Source: Chrysomallon squamiferum
Taxonomy: Eukaryota > Animalia > Mollusca
DNA length: 64,000 nucleotides
Assembly: GCA_012295275.1 (NCBI GenBank)
Contig: CM022670.1
Coordinates: 38,750,001 to 38,814,000 of the forward strand
Reading direction: 5' to 3'
Part shown: piece by piece, positions 57,310 to 64,000 of the stretch
Position numbering within the stretch: position 1 is the stretch's first letter
Layout of the letters: every line of letters begins with the position of its first letter
Notes under the pieces: generated by a model
The model's input: the letters and a program-made list of their open reading frames with translations, nothing else
The model's database searches: none
What the model was told of the DNA's origin: nothing
Made by a program: the position numbers and the translations under genes

Positions 57310-60300
57310 ATGCACTTCATTCCAAGCATTCTGCTGTTTTTGGGGTAGCCATTTGTGTTGGAGCTGTGCCCGAAAAGGCACATCCCACTGGCCATCATGA
57401 ACGTCATGATCCTATGGACGTGCCTAAAGAGGTAGATGGACATCACAATCCTGAGTATGATGAGGAGGCCATGCTTGGTATAATTTTAATGAATTTATTA
57501 ATATTTATTAATAAAGTATAATGAAGTTAACCAACAAAACAAAATTTTAAGTCATGCACATACCTATGGATGAATGCAAACACACACACACACATACATA
57601 TTTTTTATGTTGCAGTATTTCATTATTTGTTTAAATATTGTCTTTCTCAACTATAAGCAACATGTATAAAATATTTAAAAAAAATATAAAGTGTATGTGT
57701 TTTTCACAACTGTATAAATCTGTTCCTGTCATTAACAGCATTTAGATAATATTTTTATTTTTTAATGCATATAATTTTTAATTTTCATTTATGGCAAAAT
57801 AATTGTAATTTACATTCTTTTACTGCATGAAATTGGAGAAGTATATTTTAAACAAGAAGAACAGAATTTCTGCTAGAACACCGGCTATACTTTCATTTAT
57901 ATTTCATATACTCATGTTGTCTCTTTTAGGAACACATGATATTAGTGGCCTTACTAAGGAAGAACTTGAGGAAAAATTGTCTGAACTTTTCGTACAGCAT
58001 GACAAAGATAAAGATAACCATGTTAACAAGGATGAATTAATTAAATGGATGCTTGACTCATTCAGGTAATATCCAACATTATTTTTACCAATTCTGATTG
58101 TAATTACTAACGATGAATATATTAAATTTAGCTGTGTAGACAACATGATTTTAGAATTATTGGAAAATGAAAAACTGCAAACAAAGAAATAATTTTTTTT
58201 ACAAAGCTCCATAAATACCAAATGTTTTTTAAAATTTAAAAATTAAATTTGCAAAAGACTATATGTTATTTTATTAAATTTGCTAAAAATAACTGCACAG
58301 AATGTTTAATCAAATACAAAACTATCTTCTTTTTTTTTTGAAATTAGTAATTGCAACATTGTTTTGAAGAAATACGGACTCTTAATGAAAAGATGTTTCA
58401 ACTCACATAAGAGCAATTAAACTGTACATAAATCAATTGAAACAGAATTTAAGTTAAAATAATGTTACACTGTTTAGACACATGGATGAAGAAGAGAGCA
58501 GCCTGACCTTCAAAAAAGATGACCTTGACCAGAATGAACATGTCACGTGGGAAGAACTTGTGAGAAGTCAGTATTCCATGGAACTGGATGATGTTAAAAA
58601 ACTGTCTAAAGAAGGGGAAGATAAACACACACATCAGGTCAGTTTTGTGCTGTGAATAAGTTACTCATTTTATTATTTTACAATCTTCAGGAGTCTGATA
58701 TATAACCATGCAAATCGGCGATACAAATTTCACGATACAAACAAGAATGGTCAGCTTTCATTCAGAGAGTACCTGAAAGAGGAGTTTGGCTTAACAAGGA
58801 AAAAGCTTGAATCTAAGGAAGTTGATGAGGAAATCCAGAAGGTAGACTGAGATGGTTGTATTTGTTTCACAGAATATTGGCTGCAGGTCTTGACATTGGT
58901 CAATCTACCTTTCGTCTGCATTCTTCTTCTGCGCCATTTTGTGAAAAATGTCTGCTGCTTACGGCCAGTTTTCATTACAAAAGATAATGCTGACATACTT
59001 AAACAGCTTTTCTTTTTTCAGCTAATTATTTTTATACTTTTTAATTGTGTGTTTTCTTTGATGCATCAACAACAACCAAAAAAAAAAAAATTGATTTGAG
59101 AAAGGTAACTCTTTTGTGTTAGTTTAATCTTAGCATAATTATTTATGGATTATATTGATAATCAACAAAACTACCTTCATTTAAAAAGTAAATTAAAAAG
59201 TATTTAAATAAGTTTCCTGATTTGACAGAATTTGAAAAAAATATATTATTGCAGGTATTATTTATTAGCAAATATATTTTAAAAATAAGCAAAATATTTA
59301 GATTAAAAATCAAATCAGTCAAGTCTCTGTTGTCTATTTACTTCACCAAATGGATCAAAGCAATATTATGCTATTGCACATCTCTGTATGCAAATACAGC
59401 AGTGGTGGTTTTTAAGCTTAGTGAGATGGTTGTAGGATCTGTTTACTTGGTGAAAGTGGCACACATAGTGTTTATGATTTTGAGAAAAACATGTTTTTGA
59501 AAAAATCTTCAACACACTTGCACAGTGCACTGTCAGTGTTTTTTCTTTTTAATGGGTCATCCAGAATTATCAGCACATTCAAAAGATTAGAGAACTAGGT
59601 TTTTTTATATATATATATATCAGATTTCCAGACAGCATTTTGGAGGTAGCACTGTTTTGATTTCCTAAGTGACTGCATTTGCTTGAGTTTTCATGCACAG
59701 TAGCAAAGTGTTAGTTTGAATGCACAATGGTCAACAGTGACGTGACTGAAAGCATTGTCCGAAGAGGTACAATGGTTTAATGTAAATTATAAAGCATTCA
59801 TTGGTACCTGTTCCTTCTGTGCTCGTTATATAAACATTTGAAACTGCTGGTAATTATGGACATGTGGTTTATGATTTAAAAAATATTTGATTTTATATTT
59901 AAGTATAATATATGCATGCTGTTTTTTTTTACTACAAAATAACCATTTTATTACTAAGTTAGCACGATACTTAATGAACATGTTAGGACTGAACTTTAAG
60001 TCTGAATGCTTTCAGTAGCTTGTGACTAAAGCTATTTTGAAAAAAAAAAATTTTTTGCACAAACAAAACTCAAAACTTATTAACATTTTTTTTTCTTTTC
60101 AGAAAAACAGGTAAATATTGTTGATAGATTGGTTAGATTGGTTGGAAGATTTATGTGGCTAATAATTACATAATTTTAGTTAAAGCTGTTTGCAGCAGTT
60201 GCCTGACTGTATTGGCAAATCCAACACTAAATTAACCTTACTCAACTTTAATTTTCTTGAACAGATGATTATTGAAGATGAAAAACGATTCAAGGGAGCT

Positions 60301-61519
60301 GATTTGAACAAAGATGGACAGCTCGATTCTAAAGAGTACATGGCTTTCTATCATCCATACGACTATGACCATATGCACATCTTTGAGATCAGGCGGGAAC
60401 TTGAAGACAGGGACAAGAACGGTGATGACAAACTTAACCTTGATGAATTCATTGGAGGTAAGCAAACCTGTCAGCATGCAATTCTGAAATGGCTATTGTC
60501 AGTTTTAATAGCAAACAGTTACCTGAAATTGATAATTACATTGGAAATGGGGGTGGGATACCTAACAGTCTGTGAATGTTGGGAAGATTTTGTTTTGAAT
60601 TAATAGATGTAATGTTTCATAAATATATTTTAAATATATGCTGATTGGCATGTTAAAAAATCCATGAAATTGAGATAGTCTGCTTACCATGGTAGTCATG
60701 GTGAGCCAACAGAAAACTGTTTAAATTTGAAAATTAGTTTTGTCAGACAAGCATCTTTGCTGTCAAGCTTCTGTGTATATTCAGTGATACAAGAAGCACA
60801 GAAGTATTCAGTAAATCAGGTGTTGGTATGTTTGAAACATTTAGGAAAGTTTAACAGATTTAATGGAATATTAAATATAGCCATTGATCAGTCTTTTTAG
60901 TCTACAGTCATATAGTGCAAACCAAGACACAGCTGGAATTGTTAATGAAAATATTGTCAAACACTTGCATAATAACTAACAGCCATGTGAAAATAATACA
61001 GTCTGTACAGGTTTTGACATTTTATTGGATAGGCAGTTATCCTATTACACCTGAACTGAATGCGAACCAGTTACTAAAACATATACACCACTGGTAATTC
61101 ACCACAATTAACAATTTGAAGCAATTGTAATGAAACACAAACGATATTAACATTGGGGGAGTGGCATTAATTTAAGATTATGTTATAACTGTACATGTGT
61201 GTATATAGACAAAAAAAGATACAAGAAAATGACTTTATCATCTTCAGATGGGGAACATGTAGATGACGAATTCCGTAAAGAGGAGGAGAAACGTTTCAAA
61301 GAATATGATACAAATGGTGATGGACAGTTGGACATAGAAGAGATGAGGAAGTACCTTGTACCAGACAATACAGAGACTGCCACTGAAGAGGCCACACATT
61401 TGATTGGTGAATGTGACAAAGACAACGACAACATCCTTTCAAAAACAGAGGTCATTGATTGTGTGGAAGCCTTTAAAGATGTACAAGCGATAACAAATAT
61501 TCCAAGGGATGAATTGTAA
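57310..61519 (+). CDS. Calumenin/reticulocalbin-like CREC-family EF-hand protein (~309 or 306 aa). Exons 57310-57477, 57930-58065, [58478-58637 OR 58691-58841], 60265-60457, 61248-61519; needs one extra G at 57342-57345
   Basis: Signal peptide MHFIPSILLFL(G)VAICVG and CREC N-terminal motif HNPEYDEEAMLG. EF hands: DKDKDNHVNKDE, DLDQNEHVTWEE or DTNKNGQLSFRE, DLNKDGQLDSKE (then AFYHP), DKNGDDKLNLDE, DTNGDGQLDIEE, DKDNDNILSKTE. C-terminal RDEL ER-retrieval signal. Confidence 0.92.
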
Positions 61520-63624
61520 TGAGTCTTTTTAAAGTAGTTTTTTTGAGTCGTAGAACAAAAAGTCAAAGGAAGATTTTTTTTTTTTTTTTTTTTTTGAGTT
61601 TTATCATATCTTCTGTAAATTCTTTATAATGTTTTCTTTTTTACTTTCTTTTAATTTTTTTTTTTTTTATATATATATATAGTAAAAAATACTTTAAAAA
61701 CATAAATAAATAATGATAGTAAAATAATTTATTTCTTTTACTCTGTATAAAAATTGTTATAAAAATCAGTAATACGGTCATTCATCATGTAGAAAGATAA
61801 ATGGTACTGAGAAATTTAACTATTTTCATAGAAATGAGTGGGAAAAATATTCCTTTGATAAATGTTTACTGAGGTGTCACAGTGTGTATGTTTCTGAGTA
61901 TTATTTTAAATTACAGTAATTGATGTTAGTGTATGCATTTATCAATTTAGAATGGAATAATTAATTTTGTTTCAGTTCATACTACATCATGACACCTTAC
62001 TTGTATCAGTTCTTTTGAGATGTTTTTAATACTGTAGACCCATTGCTTAACCCATTGTTTTCAATGCTTTTATTTATTTTCTACCTATGTACATACTTTG
62101 TTATCGACAGTATTTATTTTTCAGATCCTCCTTTTTTTAAATTTATTTTTTACATTTTTTTGTAGAAAATTGTGTTCATGTTTTTTTAATCCAGTCTTCA
62201 TTGTTAATGTGAGAAATACAATGCAATTAAAATGGAAGCTTTTCTCAGCTCAGTGTATTGAAGTAAAGTAACTTGTCATACATTGTTGTAGTTGAAAGGT
62301 ATATATATATATATATAATTTAATTTACTGTATAATAGCAGTAAAGTGTTACATTTACTGCAAAGAACTGAAGAACACATTCATTTGATACAAATTACTG
62401 AACAAAAGAATAACGTCTTAAAGAAATAAACAAAATTAAGATTTGTGAAAAATTCATCTGCTCAGATAAACGTTAATAAAATAAAAAGTAATGAAAATGA
62501 CAACGAAATAAAAGATCATAGTCTTGCGTTGGGTGAGGGTTTGCTTTAGTAGACAAACAGAACAAAAGTTTACATTTTAAATATTCATACATACTTAGTC
62601 ATAAATCTGTTAATATTATTGAACATCTGGTTGTGTGTATCTAACATTAAAACTGCTCACATTTCCTGTATAACGGGGGTTTTTTAATTTTCTTTGGAAT
62701 GGAAATTTTAAACTGCAGTATTAATATTATCAAAGTTTACAAAAAACATTAAAAAAAAAAAAAAAAAGATAAGCAGATATTCTAATTATATTTAAGTAAC
62801 AATTTGTGGAATGTTTTAAGGATCTCTTTTTGTTTATTTTTTTATTATTATTTATTTTTATATAAATATTACGTCCTTTAAAATATGTATATCTTTTAAA
62901 ATTCAAATTGAAAATGGTTAACTTATATTTAACTGATGTTTGGAAATTTATAATATTTAAATTAAACAATAAATATTCATTCCAAAAAAATTAAATAAAA
63001 AAATGAAATAATCATCAATATCATCATCATTGTATGTTCTATTCTCTTTCTTTTTTCACCAAATTTGAAATGGTGCTTCCATTTAGACTATCATGACAAA
63101 ACAGATATAAAATTTCAGTATTTCCAAGCATTAATGAACAATTCTGTTTTTATTTTTTTTATCTGGTTTTTGCAATTGTATGTGAAAAAAAGGTATTTGT
63201 GTCAATGATCTTGATAGCAGATTTAAACTGTAAATGAAAAACTGATTATAATTAGTTTGAATGTTTTTAATTTTGAGATTTCAGGACTGTTATGAAAAGC
63301 ACATAGCAATACTTCTTTACAGTCAATAGGGCATGCTAAAACATTGCTTTGATATAACAATCCTTTATCACAATATACTCATTTTCAGATGATATTAATT
63401 ATGGTGTATATTTATGCATAATAAGGACAAAATAAATGCAAGTGTTAAATGTTGAATGGTAAATTTAAAAAAAAAAAAAAAAAGATCTTTGTAATATAAA
63501 TTACAAAACTGGAACAGTTCATTTTTTTTTTTTTTTTTAACTAATTTTTTTGATGTTATGTCAAATTCATCATATACTTAGTGATAATATGTTTGACATT
63601 TTATCCTGTTATTTAGCAAGTCAG

Positions 63625-63659
<35 letters not shown>

Positions 63660-64000
63660 GTATGGTAAGTGAAAGTTTTATTCAATCATAGAATTCCATT
63701 ATTTTATATTTACAAATCCTTGAGGTTAGTGTCTCTAGTGCAATTTAGTAGGGCATGATTTTTAAAAAAAAAATTTTACCAGACATATCTATTATACTTT
63801 AATATATTTATTACAGTATAGAAGAAGGTTAGTTAAATGGAAAAATAAATGTTAACAGTTAAATTAAAATCTAGTCATGTAAATTATGCTAAAATCTAGT
63901 CCCCCCCCCCACATACACACCCCGATAATGATTAAGAAAAAAAATGAGGGCTTCCAATAAATTAAGTTTCTCTGATTTCATTTAACCAGTAAAGTAACTA

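Overview
This is very AT-rich, microsatellite-dense eukaryotic DNA, probably from an invertebrate (a lophotrochozoan such as a mollusc is my inference). Gene models were built by hand from splice sites. In order: (1) a Dmrt2/Dmrt11E-type transcription factor (+, 7178-12074) with DM, DMA and eh1 motifs and a 1-nt G deletion in the DM domain; (2) two tandem, intronless, single-TM ORFs (+, 23508-23834 and 30976-31416) that match the KCNE/MinK K+-channel beta-subunit pattern; (3) an unrecognised 3-exon gene with GILK and RVxF PP1-docking motifs (+, 34234-36829); (4) PAK1IP1/Mak11 (-, 10 exons, 38494-48073), whose long intron holds three SNORA70-like H/ACA snoRNAs with different 3' hairpins, a fourth H/ACA candidate and a MITE; (5) an orphan small ORF (-, 50804-51103); (6) a calumenin/reticulocalbin (CREC) gene (+, 57310-61519, C-terminal RDEL) with two mutually exclusive EF-hand exons and another 1-nt G deletion. 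The strongest novelty candidate is the invertebrate KCNE-like gene pair. All homology calls rest on recalled sequence motifs, not database searches.
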